Under the pieces are notes generated by a model. The model saw nothing but the letters and a program-made list of their open reading frames with translations, had not been told where the DNA came from and did no database searches. From assembly GCA_964304625.1 (NCBI GenBank), contig OZ199840.1:8197587-8261586 (forward strand): a stretch of DNA of 64,000 bases, read 5' to 3'. Below, one piece after another: positions 26,382 to 39,397 of this stretch. How positions within the stretch are numbered: position 1 is the first letter of the stretch; each line of letters starts with the position of its first letter. Position numbers and translations under genes: made by a program. Source of the DNA: Kudoa neothunni. Taxonomy: Eukaryota > Animalia > Cnidaria.

Positions 26382-28713
26382 TTAACTCATTCAGGTTCCA
26401 TATAATAGAAGTTGACTATTTCTCAACATAAAAATTATGTTGTTATAATAAAAACATAATTAAAATATTTTTTCAAAAAAATTATTATATGAGCGAAAAA
26501 CCAAGTTTTAAGGTTGTGTCGTAAGTGACACGCAAAACCCCCCAGCTATCGCATGTGCAAAAATAAATTATTATATTTTAATTATAACATTTTATATATT
26601 ATTTGTAATGTTAACAAACATTTTGGATGTAATCGGGTAGAACATCCACTACAATAATATATAGTCAAGTTATGATATACCGCACACCTCAATCTTTTAC
26701 GTGTTGGGTCATCTGTAATAATGGAATTTTGGCATATATCTTTCATTATTTTATTTGCCAAAGATGGTTTTCTAACACCTAATGTAGATTTACGTACCGT
26801 AATTAGACATGAGGTTATTTCTCGTGTGTGTTGTAATAAATCTATGGAGCTTTCGTCATAAGTGGTAATAATTCTCCACGAGTTGACGACGCTCATAAAT
26901 ATTAAATTGGTAAATAATGCTCAATACCATTTTTTACCCCTAATAGAAATGTGATAGTTAGCAATGTTATTGCCTGCTAGATCTACACCACCCATGCATT
27001 TGTTGTAGGCATAAATCATATGTGGCTAGAATATAGAAATTTGTTTTTTTTTCTATTTTCGAAACTCTCTTAATTGTCATTAATGGTTGGCACGAAAGAT
27101 AATTGCTAATAACGGTGACTGGTTTGGTGTCATTCCACTGAACATAAACAATTCCGTTTCCATCAGTAAATTCTTCATATTCGCCTCTTTTATTTGTAGA
27201 AAAAATGTTTGATTGGTGTACGTGGACATTTTTCAGTTCTATTAATACGAATTGTATCAGCCGCCCTTAAGTTTTTGTCTATCAGCGCTTTCGGTAGTTT
27301 GAAGGACGAAAAAAAATTGTCGAAATATAATTCAATTCCAGAAGAATCACTAATTACATCAACGAATTTCATGACTACATTGGCGCCAAGTCCCAACGAA
27401 TTATCCACGATTTCACCTTTTCCAGTGTATACCTTAAAACTGTAAATATATCCACCTGAACTGGTCATTACCCAAATTTTAAAGCCAAATCGAATTGGCT
27501 TCATTTTTTATAAACATTTATGAAGAATGTAAACAAAAATATGGAACCATTTTCCCGTCAATAGAAATAGCTTCATTAAATTCCAAATTTTTTAAAATTT
27601 TACATTTAATTTGTCGATGAGAAGCCTTAATTTAGCCATTTTATCGCTTCTACCTAAAACATCGTTATCAGAAAAATGGATATATTTTTTTATCTAGTTG
27701 AAACGTTTTATAGGCATTGCTCTTTTCACGATTTCAACGCCAGAATAAATCGAAGTCTTCCAATACATTTTTTGTCTTGGTAACTCTTGATATCCAAATA
27801 GGATAAATATGCCAATAAATGTTCTCATTTCCACAGCCGTTGTGTGGGAATTATGGTTGTTGTTCTGCCGCGCGTAGAGATCGTTAGACGCACGTGTGTT
27901 CTTATATTATCAACCAGGAAGCACCCAAAAGTCTCGTATTAACCTAAACTGAATAAAAATTAAGTGGTTATATGGTTTAAGGTGGAACCTTTATAGAGAT
28001 CATCCATTACGAGAGCCTTGCAACTATTATGACTAGAAAACGTTTCTTTTGAAACATTTTTTCCTCCCATGTCATTTTTGTTGATGTTAATTCCTTTATA
28101 TTGTGTAAGGAATCTGGTCTAAAGATCTCGACTTGGCCCGCACTGTCCACCTCATTTAAAACTTCGCAGTTGTCATAGTTGAAGTCATGGATGTTATCTT
28201 CTACAGCAGTGACTTCGTCAACATTTTCTGTTGGTAAAATGACAATATCGGTACATTCATCAGGGCCATATTCATCAATTGGATCGATAGCATCGCTTAG
28301 TCTAACAAATATCTCGATACTCATGGTAGAGGATTAGGGATCCTTGTGGGTTTTGCGTGTCGTTTACGACACGCAACCAATTAATAATTTTCTCAGAGTT
28401 TGCACGTTTAAAACTTTTCTTAATAATTTCTCATACTTCTGTTATCAATAGTAATTTAAAAATAGAATTAAATTAAAGTTTGCCGAATTTGTGTATACTT
28501 ATTGCTGGTGTAACTGGTTGGTAGTGCGCATTTCCTTAACACCATCTTATTTCAAAAATTTAAGTATAAGTAAAAATTTAATTTTTTGGAATTGATAATA
28601 ATAAATGAATGATAATCAGTATAAACAAATAATAATTATAGAATTAAAGTTGAACGCTACATGACTGAAATAGTGACGTGTGGTTTACGACACGCAAAAC
28701 CCGAATGGGTTAA
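26382..28713 (-). mobile_element. Near full-length piggyBac (PGBD2/3-like), transposase pseudogenised
   Basis: Ends TTAA-ctcattcaggtt and aacccgaatggg-TTAA. Subterminal gacacgcaaaacc repeats at about 26527, 28350 (inverted) and 28689. Transposase motifs DIVILP, KPIRFGFKIW, LGLGANVV, LYFDNFFSS, MGGVDL, ISIRGKKWY and a Cys tail (CSGCSTRLHPKC), with stops and frameshifts. Confidence 0.92.
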
Positions 28714-28901
28714 AATACTCAACGGGCTCGTTTTTGTACGTTGTCGTTGATTCGGATTACGACCAATATGATACATTTTTACTATTCCTACAGCTTATTA
28801 TCTAATATTTTCTGTATAATTAACGATAAAAAGTTTCTTACCTCCAAGCGTGTTGATAACATTATACAGTGGATGACTGGTGGTTTGTAATCCCACTAGG
28901 G

Positions 28902-29660
28902 CAGTGTTTCCCAACCTTTTTTCTATAGCGCCCCACGTGTTCTTGAAAAAAAGTTCCGTTCCCCACTTCTTTCGAAAGAATTAAATGTTTTACTTAAACT
29001 GTTGATAATATTGAATAAAACTCCCTTCACATTAAAACTTTAAAGAAATTAATATATATTTCTTTTCTCATTAAAATTAAAATGCGTTCGATCAGGTCTA
29101 ACCTAATTTATCGATGAACCTTAAAAATTAACATCTTTAATTCATCAGTTCGTCAAAAATAGCATCAAATGAAATTAGTGGTAATCCAAACTTAATTAGG
29201 AAAGATTTTCGTGTATACAGAAGTAATGAACCGAAAATAAATAATATAGATAAAAAATTAATCAATGTTATATTAGTTTTTTTAAAAAAAGGATATATGA
29301 TTCTAAATGAGACAAGAATGAGATTCAAATCATCCTGATTCTATTCGGTTGAATGACACGTTAAATATTATTAATTTTTTATATAATTAATCATTGCTTT
29401 TTGGATTTTTAATGATATTAATCGCCACTTAAAAATAGGCGATATCGAAAATCGCGATATTCACTTCGAAGTATTTTATACCGCCCAATTATCTTATCAG
29501 TATCCGTGTCACCTCAATACTCAGGATTTTCCGCGCCCGACCATCCCACCATCCGACCATCCCACCAGAGCGGTTCATTAAACGTTCAAAAATGTGTATG
29601 CCCACCAAAGTTTATTCACACCGACTAGTGGGACGTGGGATCTATGTTGGGACATAGCTC
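28902..29660. mobile_element. hAT-type non-autonomous element
   Basis: Left end cagtgtttcccaacctttt...gcgcccca; degenerate right end gtgggatctatgttgggacatag. Confidence 0.4.
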
Positions 29661-29791
29661 CAGTTGATTGATGGCATTCACGTTGACAACGTATAAGAGA
29701 AAAATTTGTATTATTAGTTTCTCTTTTTTTAAATAATGTTTTAGTATGACATATATTTTCTAGTAAAATTAAAATATTTATTTTATTTTCA

Positions 29792-31690
29792 TTAACCTCC
29801 TAATGTTTTTGGGTGTAATACACCCCAAGGCGAATTTAAAACAAGCATACCATTCGCTGTAAATAATCGACCAACTTGTAACTCATGTTATTCCTATAAA
29901 AACATTATTAATACATAATAATACTTGAAATATAAAAATTTACTTGGAGTATATATTTTTTATCGGAAGATTATCTTCTAAGGTTTTTGGAGTGTATTTC
30001 ACCCCAGATTTTTATTCTTTCGAAAATACAAGTATATTGTTTTAAACATAAATAAAATGTTTCGGTGGTTTTAAACGAGCATATGACTAAAAAAGTCATG
30101 CTTGAAATCATAGTTTTTTGATTACGCGGTTTGGTTGTTGAATACATGGTATGAGCGGTTTTCGCTATTTTAATGACGAATGCTGCTTATATGGTAATGA
30201 ACAAAACTATTTTTGTCAATGAAGACTTTTAAGTCAATGAAAATAGCATCGAATAATGTTTAATTCACAGTGATACATTAGCAAGTATGTGGTATCTCAT
30301 ATAGCAATATAAGATCATCTGCAACAAAAACCATTACCGCAGGCGTTATGAAATCTACTCTTTTCCTTAATTAATACGCTCGATTGAAAATAAAAACATA
30401 TGTCGATTGTTTTATGCTTTTTCAGTGAATAATTATGTGCAACAATCATAATGTACATTAACATGTTTTGCCGAAAACATTTTAAATATGAATGGTTTGA
30501 TATGGACAGCGTTAAATTCATGAGTTACTTTGGACTTATTATACCTATGAGAACGCATAAGGATCGGCAAGAGCTTTTATGTGCACTTTTCAGTGTCAAA
30601 ATAGGCGAAAAATATACAGAAGACATTTTTTTACTTCGTCGGTTCAGACAGATTAATCGATAAATCCATTTCGATGATTTTGAAACCAGGGTTAAGCTAC
30701 CGGAAACAAATAAATTATTTTAGCGATGTGAGCTATGGAATACGTGGATAAATATACTTCACAGATTTATTCTTCCCAGTCGAGATGTTACGATAGATGA
30801 ATATCTTGTGTTATTTTGGGGAAGATATCCGTTTAGACAATATATGTCAATGACACTGACGAAATATTGTCTGAAATTTTTCTTGTTTATTGACAAGGAA
30901 TCTAACTATGGCTCGAACATCAATATCTATATGAGGGGGAATAATTCTGAGAGCACGAGACAATTTAAGGTTGACGAAAAAATAGTTCTCTCCTTATCGG
31001 CCCCGCTTTTTATTCTGACCGAAAACATGGTAGCTGGTAGCTGTTGATTTTTGTCTTCATCTTAGTTAGTCGAAAAATGGATAGATAAAAAGCTCGCTTT
31101 CTTAGGAACAATGAGGAAAAAGGGGAAATTCCGAGCTGCTTTCTTTCTTCTCAGAGAAGACATATTTATGACAACAATTTTGTATTTTATAAAAACCATG
31201 CGATGGTTTCGTCTGTGTACAAAAAATCGAGGGATGTCATTCATTTGACAAATGGAATCGCAAACTACTCTGTATCTGATGAAAAATAAAAATTTAAGCC
31301 AACGTATATCTTGAACTATAACCGAACTCCAGACGGGATTGATAACAGATCGATTGCTTGAATCTGTTTCAGCGCGCTGGCTTACGATGGGATGCCCATG
31401 ATGTTTTTTTTAATATTATTAACCTATCCTTAATTAATGATTTTGCGTTATATAAGAATATTCACGGCGATATGGAAAAAAACATGCGTACAACATCCCC
31501 ACACAATAGACAACTATTCAGTTGTTTAATTATAGATTGGAACGAGTTCAAAAATTCCAACTCGTCCCAAATCCATACAACAACGAACAGCGAGGTGTAT
31601 ACTACGCGAAATAAAAATATACAACTACGAGGTATTAGCCACCGTATTAGATCGGTATCCTGTGATCGTTAGGCGTGTCGTGTAAAATCA
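29792..31690 (+). mobile_element. Degenerate piggyBac (PGBD4-like)
   Basis: Left end TTAA-cctcctaatg with gggtgtaatacacccc subterminal repeats. Translation RRFRQINR*IHFDD, PSRDVTIDEYLVLFWGRYPFRQYM...KYCLKFF, FLGTMRK and NYNRTPDGID. Right end not found. Confidence 0.8.
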
Positions 31691-32029
31691 ACTTAATCTT
31701 CAAATTAACCGAGATCCTTTGAAATTTTAAGGTATTTCACATTGATTTCCACCACAGTGGTCCTATTCGGTTGTAACTAATTGTCTGCTGTAATGTCGTG
31801 TCGAGTTTGAGGCTGGTGTGTTGATTACTAGCATTCACCTATCTAATGGCCACAGATTGTAGCTTACTCGATGTTGAGTGTGTGGTTGTTTATGAGTGGG
31901 TGTTAGTAGGATCCACCACACTTTCACATTTATAATATATCAACCGATTGGGTGGATATTTTGATTGTTAACCCTTGATTGTGTGATGATGGTTTCGTTG
32001 TGAGTGAGATCCAGTCAATACAACAACAG

Positions 32030-32874
32030 ATGGATCATTCGTCGATAGGTGTGTAGTTTGATCAACTCTCTCTCACACACAACTCCCCATCATTACACCC
32101 AAATTTCGAATGTATTAACTAACAATTATCGAATTTATACACTCCTCTCGAATAATTATATCTATCCACTTTTGATCAGTTGTTGTTGTTGTTGCTGCAT
32201 CACTTGGATTGACATGATCAAATTTAGACAACAATCAAATGACTACACACAGAAAGAAATTGGTTATTGTTGGAGATGGTGCTTGTGGTAAAACTTGCCT
32301 GTTGATCAAATACAGTAAAAAAGAATTTCCTGGAGTGTATGTGCCCACAGTTTTCGAAAATTACGTATGTGATGTTGATCTTGGATATGCACAAGTTGAG
32401 CTCGCCCTTTGGGATACTGCTGGACAGGAAGATTACGATCGTTTGAGGCCACTCTCCTATCCTGACACAGATGTGATTTTCATGTGTTATGCGGTGGATG
32501 ATTTCGATTCTTTTCATAATGTAATGGAGAAATGGATGCCCGAAGTGAGACATTTCTGCCCCAATGTACCCTTGGTTCTTATTGGAACCAAAGTGGATCT
32601 GAGACCGGATGACTATGTGTCTCCTCCCGATGGCACTAAAGAAAAAACTATGGTGACCTATCAAGAAGGTTCAATGCAGGCTCAAAAGTGTGAAGCGGCC
32701 CAATTCTTTGAGGTTTCCGCCCTCAAAGATATTAATGTGAAGGAGGTTTTTGAATTTGCAACCGAAATAGCTCTCGCAGTAAATACCCATTTCCAGTGTT
32801 GAGGTTGTTTTGTAACTGTTCTTTGCTAGCCCAACTCAAAACAAGATCGTAAAAGAAAGTGCAATCTTATTTGA
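32030..32874 (+). CDS. RHO1: RhoA/Rho1-type small GTPase, up to 3 exons (32030-32048, 32228-32778, 32830-32874)
   Basis: Motifs [51 protein letters not shown] and [14 protein letters not shown]. Removing the 51-nt intron 32779-32829 gives a polybasic CAAX end, [14 protein letters not shown]. An upstream micro-exon (MDHSSID) splices in frame; the start could instead be 32239. Confidence 0.93.
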
Positions 32875-35800
32875 TGGTGATCATCATGATGTATCTCGTT
32901 AGATTTGGTGTGGATTTTATTGTTGGTCTTTTTTGATTTTGCACTACTATGATTCATACACGAGCATTATATTACATAAACCTTTTGTTCTCTATTTCTT
33001 AAACTATATCTATAATTGTTTTTTTACGATTTATTTTGCGTATTTGTGCGTGATTCGTTCATTCATTCATTCATTGTACGTTATCTTTTCCTATCGTGGG
33101 GATTTCATATGTTGTATATGCCAGTTGTAAGCCTTCAATGCTGCCCTGCCTACTGCATCTATTCTGTTTCTCTATTTATTGTTGTTACGTGAGGTCAGAT
33201 ATAGATTTTAAAATCGGTGATGAGAGATGAGATGGCAGACTTTTCTGGTTAGAGAAATAGAGAAGCGGTTCTTAACTTGGTAACCTGATGAGGTTCGTGA
33301 GTAATTCCAATAAAATCTGTATCTAATTTTATCATCGTACGTTCGTTGTAATTAGGCATTTTTTAACTTGAGCGTAATTATTAAAAACTTCGAATATACT
33401 CCTGCGTTATTGTTTCCGATAAATATCATATATTTACTACAAAATTTCCATGTTTTATTATTTATTTTGAACAAATACGGGAAAAAACGTTATTGAGTAG
33501 TCAGTAGGTTATTTGAGAAAAACTAAAAATGGTCAAAAACAATTTCTACTGTTGCAGACTATGCATTTTGAATGATTAACCGTTTACAACGGTGTATTAT
33601 CGAGGATTTAGATTTCTACGCTGATTACCATAGAAACAAAGTCACGAAATCAATTATGTGTGTTGCTCCTTCAATTGCTTTGTCAGTATTCTATGAATTT
33701 ATTGTTAAGAAGAAAATACAAAATCCTGCTGATTATTCGTTTAATATTTATTGTTTGTAGAGGGGATAGGTTTTTGTATTAAATTCGTGGTCTATTGTAT
33801 AATAATCCCTTTAACTCGTTGTTCTAATAAACATAATAATCAACAAAAATAAATAGAGGTTATATATAGAAAAAATATTTGGATTATTATAGGAGCTTTT
33901 TTTAAGAATAAATTTTTGTGTAGGTTCTATTTTTAAACAATCACAAATGTATATATAATTATTGAACAAATTCCATTAATTTTTTGATTTTAAAATATTA
34001 CACGTCGTTGTTTATACTTTGGTAGAATTTTAATAATTTCTCAAAATATATACTGAGAAGGATTTCATAGTTGTCAATTATGTGTTCTAATATCGAAAAT
34101 AACTCATAATTAATCCACATAACAAATATTTTTATAAATATGGAGATATTAGATGAATAATTTAAATGACTTTTTGGTATCTAAATTTCTCTTTTGCGTC
34201 GTGAATTTTTTAAATTTAATTTATTTTTGAATAAATAATTTTAAATTTTTCTAATTTGTCCATTAAAGTGAACAATAGAAACTAAATGGTTTGAATATCA
34301 ATGTGTATGTTTGGATTATGCCATTAAAACAAAACAAAGTCCATGTTAAGTTCATCGAAAATATTTGGGGCTTGTAAGAGAGAAGAATTTAGGAACATTG
34401 ATTTACTTTTTAATAAAAATGAACGAAACTTATCGAGTACTCAAAGATTGAAACTATCGTGATTTTATTAAAAGTAATTTTCAGTCATTAGGTTATTTAT
34501 TTAATTGTTTTTAAAATTCGTTTGAAAATAATTCATTATTTTTGACAGATTTCTTAAAAACGCGTATAAAAGGAAAAACTGCCTAGTTTGATTGTCAAAT
34601 GTCCGTGCTTAAGCTCTCACTACGGTAATGTTTGTCCTCAGATAGTTATTGCGGCAAAACGCAAGAATTAGATAAAATATTTGAATAATGGAGATTTTTT
34701 TAAAAATTCATGTATCTAGTGGGTATGGATAAAATTCACCAATTATATTCAGAAAAATTTATTTTATATCAGTTGGACTTTATATTTATTAGAGATGGAT
34801 AATTTGAAAGTAACCAGTACCATTCGAGAGATATCACTGAAAAATGTCTTAGAAACTATGTAGAACTTGGAAATAAGAATTGCTTTCATCTTGAGAACTA
34901 AGTTGAAAATAGATGACGATTGTACACAGACTATACGCAATAATGTGTTTGGTCATCGGATCGAGAATTGTGAGGTAGCGAGACCCTATCACACCACTAC
35001 CTCACTACTCCGTAAAGAGAACTATGATTAGAATGTACGCTCAATATTGTGTATATAGAATCTGTAATGAAGTTTCATCTGATTTGAAGGATTAAAATTG
35101 AACGTATAAATCATCAGATATCTATTAGAGGTGATGAAAAATATTTATGAACACCCATAGCCAATTCCCTTGAAAAAATAGGTTTGGGATAATGGTCACT
35201 ATGACAGTCAGTTGTTTAATGAATCAAGTTCTCACAATAACGTGGAAAGGTCCTGACCAACTAGAACTCCACAGCACAGTAAGCTGCGCCATGTGTTTTA
35301 ATTTGTGAACAAAAAAGATCAAACACTTTTTCTCGTGTTTTTTAAAGGGATTAACTAATAGAAAAAATGCTCTGTAATCTCGTTCCACCATTTAATATCT
35401 AATTAAAATAAATTATATTATAATTAACGTAATATAGGTGCAAGCAAAATTTTTAAAAATTCCGATGTATTTCGGCAATAAATCCTGAATTCAAAAGAAT
35501 AAAAATATTATTCATTATTCTATAAATATTTTTTATTAAGCTAGACAGAAACAGTTAAATAAAAAAATAATAACTTAAACTTTTTTATTTAGATGCTAAA
35601 AATCAAAATTCAATTAAATCAAAATTATAATAAAAAAATTAGTTCAGAAATGCTTTTTAACTTTTATTTAGATTACGTGTGTCGAGAAATTAGGAGAAAA
35701 TTAATTGTTTAATAACATATTCACACAAATTATATATTCGAATTAGTGAATCCAAAACAATAAAAAATAACAGACAAGAGGTTCTAATAGCTTTGTGTTC

Positions 35801-36224
35801 GTGTCGAGAGTCGCAAAGTTGAAGATACTTCTACAGCAAAACAATTTTATAATGAAAACTAGAATCAGATTATTAAAATTTAAGGTTAGATGAAAGAAAA
35901 TAATAAATGTGGGTTGATTTAAAAAAATTTAGGCTAAGCACCAACAAATGAACTATCATTACAAAATTAATTTCAACCCAACATTAGTTGTAAAAAAAGA
36001 AATTAATAATTCCAAAATAATGCACTAGAGAGATTCTAACAGAAAATTTTTCGAAATTTCACAAATACATTAATATGAGTTTATTCTATGGAATTATGCT
36101 GAGAATAAACCGCGTTGGGAATGTTCGAATCAGATGTAAGTGTCAAACGCCTCAAATCTACCGAAAGGAAGTTATCGTCAGTAATGTTATTTTCACTGTT
36201 CTAAATGTAAATGATACCAAATAC

Positions 36225-36952
36225 CTAACAAGTAGAATAATCTACTATTTCAGATGTTGCTTCATTCTGAGGGGTGGGTGGTGGAGTAGGTGGTGTAGTG
36301 GTCAAATCTTTATTTAGCAATTGCTCACATAGCTGCTCTCTCATGGTGCTACTCTGAATAGTGGTAATATTGATACGGGTTTTTGTAAGCGTTTTCTGTT
36401 TTGTGGAATTGTCATTGGAACAAATGCAAGATTTTAAATCTTGCGATGGATTACAAACAAGGAGTTCGCAAGCACAATTATATGAGATTTGATGACTTTC
36501 ACACTCTAACATGACATGTTTAGTTATTGCAGGATTGAGTGAAGGTTGGCTGGGCTTTTGAACCACTTTGTAAGTGTTTTCCGGTGGCATAAATTTTGTA
36601 GGAATAGTGAGTTGTTTGGATTCATCGCTAGGCACACCAATTTCTCCACACAACGAAGTGAATGACGGTGCGCACCTGTTTATTTTGTTATTTATCAAGG
36701 AATCATTTTCAGTGAGAGCAATTTTATTTTTACAAATTTCTTTCCTTCAATAACCAGTATTTACCAACGATTGACAACACAGTTTATGACCAAATTTGAA
36801 GTACCTTGTCGTACGGGGTAGTAGACGATCCCATTCTGAATCGCTTGAACTTGTGCTGCGATCACTACACAGTATAATCAGAATTTTCTACTATTCCACA
36901 GTTCAACAACAAATTTATACCATCGGCAGCAGATTGTTTTCCAAGTTGGCAT
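36225..36952 (-). CDS. Orphan spliced gene, 180 aa (exons 36952-36921, 36864-36805, 36675-36225)
   Basis: Two GT-AG introns join in frame: MPTWKTICCRC-DRSTSSSDSEWDRLLPRTTR-CAPSFTSLCGE...TTTPPTPPPTPQNEATSEIVDYSTC*. The segment is richer in GC than its flanks. No family recognised. Confidence 0.6.
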
Positions 36953-37880
36953 CAATCACTTGACCAGTGGTTTGATTATTTTGCACTCAAGTGTTACTAT
37001 TGTTTGGTATGAGGTCGTTTGATTAACACCTAACTATTGTTGTGTGAAGTTCGACTTCGGCGAGAAATTTAAATTACCTGGGCATCAACAAATATTCAAA
37101 ATCCGAATTCGATTCAAATACTAATTCTTTCGTGTTTTATGTTAACAAAACTCTTTGTGCATCTCGACGGAAATTACATACACATTGGAATAATAAGAGT
37201 TGGGAAGTTTATTATGAGTACTCTATTTTCAACTGATTAAAATATTATAATTGATTAAGCGAAAATTATCAACCAAACTCGCTTAAATCACTGAGTTAAT
37301 ACGAAAATGACTCCCCAATTTATCCAAATAATGTCTCACATTAACAAATTCAATAATATAATTATTTGTGAATTAATTTAAAATAATTATAATATTGCAA
37401 TAATTTTAACATTTAATTTAGAATTTTTATAAATACTTTGTTACATCAAAATATAATATTTCCTTTGAACTTAAAATATACTATAGCACAGTCATTTTAT
37501 GAAAAACAACAGATAATTAAAACATTATTCAAAAAATCTCGATAACATAAACCACTTATATTTTTTATATTATTAAAACACAAAAGTGTGACGAAATAAT
37601 AATAAAAATGAAATGGATATAGAATTGTCTTTGTGAAATATGGATCTCATTGTCTCAAGCTTTCATCATAACTAATTATTTAGACAACATTCAATGACTA
37701 TTATATATATAAATTTTCAAAATTAATTATATTCTGGATTTTAAAATTTATTAATCTTAATCCATAGGGACAACTGGGAAATTTTCAATAAGTAATAAAC
37801 AACAAACAGCAATGTCTCATTACGTGTAAACATTCGTATGCAGTATATCTGATTATGATAATTGGACCTCCAAAAAATTA

Positions 37881-39265
37881 ATTTGTGTATATAAGGTTTC
37901 CCGATCTAACTCGGTATTTTTGCAACCAAACGCGACAATTTGCAATTAAGTCAAACACATTCTTTTAATAACACGCAAAAATGTAAGCTTAAACATTCAA
38001 AATCATAATTACTATCATCATTGTTATTTATTCTAATATTACCTCTCTTCGAGAAGACCTCGTGATATAGCCAAGCATTTTTCGTTAGAACCCATCACAA
38101 TGTGTGTGCTATTTCGTCGAAACACTTAGCAATACAATAGCTAATTTCAGCTCTTTCTTGTCTTTACACTGCTTCCTTATTACTAAGTTTTTTCCAGGCA
38201 GAAAAAACGATATCAATAGGGTTGAGAAAGGCTGAATATGGAGGCAAATATTTTATGACTAAATTTTCCGCATCAATTATGTCCTGAAGACCTCTGTAGT
38301 GATGGATTTTTGCGTTATCCATGATAAATATTGAATCCAGGATCCAATTATTAAGACAGCTAATTTTCAACTCCAGCATTAAAGCAAGCAAACTTTAAAG
38401 TCTTCGCCGGTTACAATCTTATCATGTATTTTATTATAACTTACGTGATTTTTATTGACTGCAGCAACCACAGAAATATTCCTACTTCTAGCGGCCGGCA
38501 CAAAACAATAAGCTGACTTGCCTCTTAATGAGCGTCCTCTTTTGGGTCGGGTAACCACAGAAAATCCCACTTCGTCCAAAAATATGAGGCTTCCATGCAT
38601 TGAAATGACTTCTAGTTCCTAAACATTTCCTCATATCGGAACCGCTTTTCTATTGTTGTATAACAATTCCTCCTTTCAGGAACCCTTACCACAGACTTGA
38701 GAGTGTAATGGAACTCTCCGATTACCCTATCGACTGTAGTAAGGATATGGTAACTCCAAATTCGTCCTGAAGCTTTTGTTTTAGTTCTTTTGAAGAGATT
38801 AATGAGTTTTTCTCAATCAAACTGATCATTTTTTCTTTCTGATCCATTGAAAGAAGTGATAGTCTGTCTCCCCTCTAGGTTTTGGAGCAAGAATGTCGGC
38901 GCTTCTAAATTTGGACAATATCGGCAAAACCATGGATGTCGGTAACCTCATTTCCGAAGCAATATAACTATCAGTTTTTCCATCCAAGCTAAAATTGCAC
39001 ATTTTCTCTCTTAAATTGACAGAGATGATTTTTCTTTGTTTATTTTGGGTTGCATATTTGATGCCGATCTAACCCAATCGAATTGCTCTGAAAACCGTAC
39101 ACTCTGAGTCTGAGTCACTTGAAACTTCGTACATATTTAAATTCAATTAGATTAACAAAAATTTATTTAAAATCAATGCGTAGCGTTAACTGAGAATGTG
39201 CGTGGAAACCTAGATCTTGATTGCGTAAGTGCCGAGTTAGATCGGGGAACCTTATAAACACAAAT
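37881..39265 (-). mobile_element. IS630/Tc1-like (DDE_3) transposon with long TIRs, transposase disrupted
   Basis: About 50-bp inverted repeat atttgtgt(a/t)tataaggtt(t/c)cccgatctaactcgg at both ends. Motifs IFLDEVGF, RGRSLRG...RSRNISVVAA, FIMDNAKIHH and YLPPYSAFLNPID (34 residues between the second and third acidic positions). Confidence 0.9.
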
Positions 39266-39397
39266 AAACTCATCGAAGAATATTCAGATTTATTCTCATT
39301 AACTAAAAAAGGAATCTGTCACCATAGTAAATCGACAACGCTTTCAATTGATAGGCAACCTTCGGTTCAATAGTTAAATGAAGCGCTTTCCTACTAG

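Noticed and set aside
32049-32664. Poly-Cys ORF 32049-32291 and minus-strand ORF 32224-32664
   Set aside because: The first comes from an intronic (TGT)n repeat; the second is antisense to the Rho gene.
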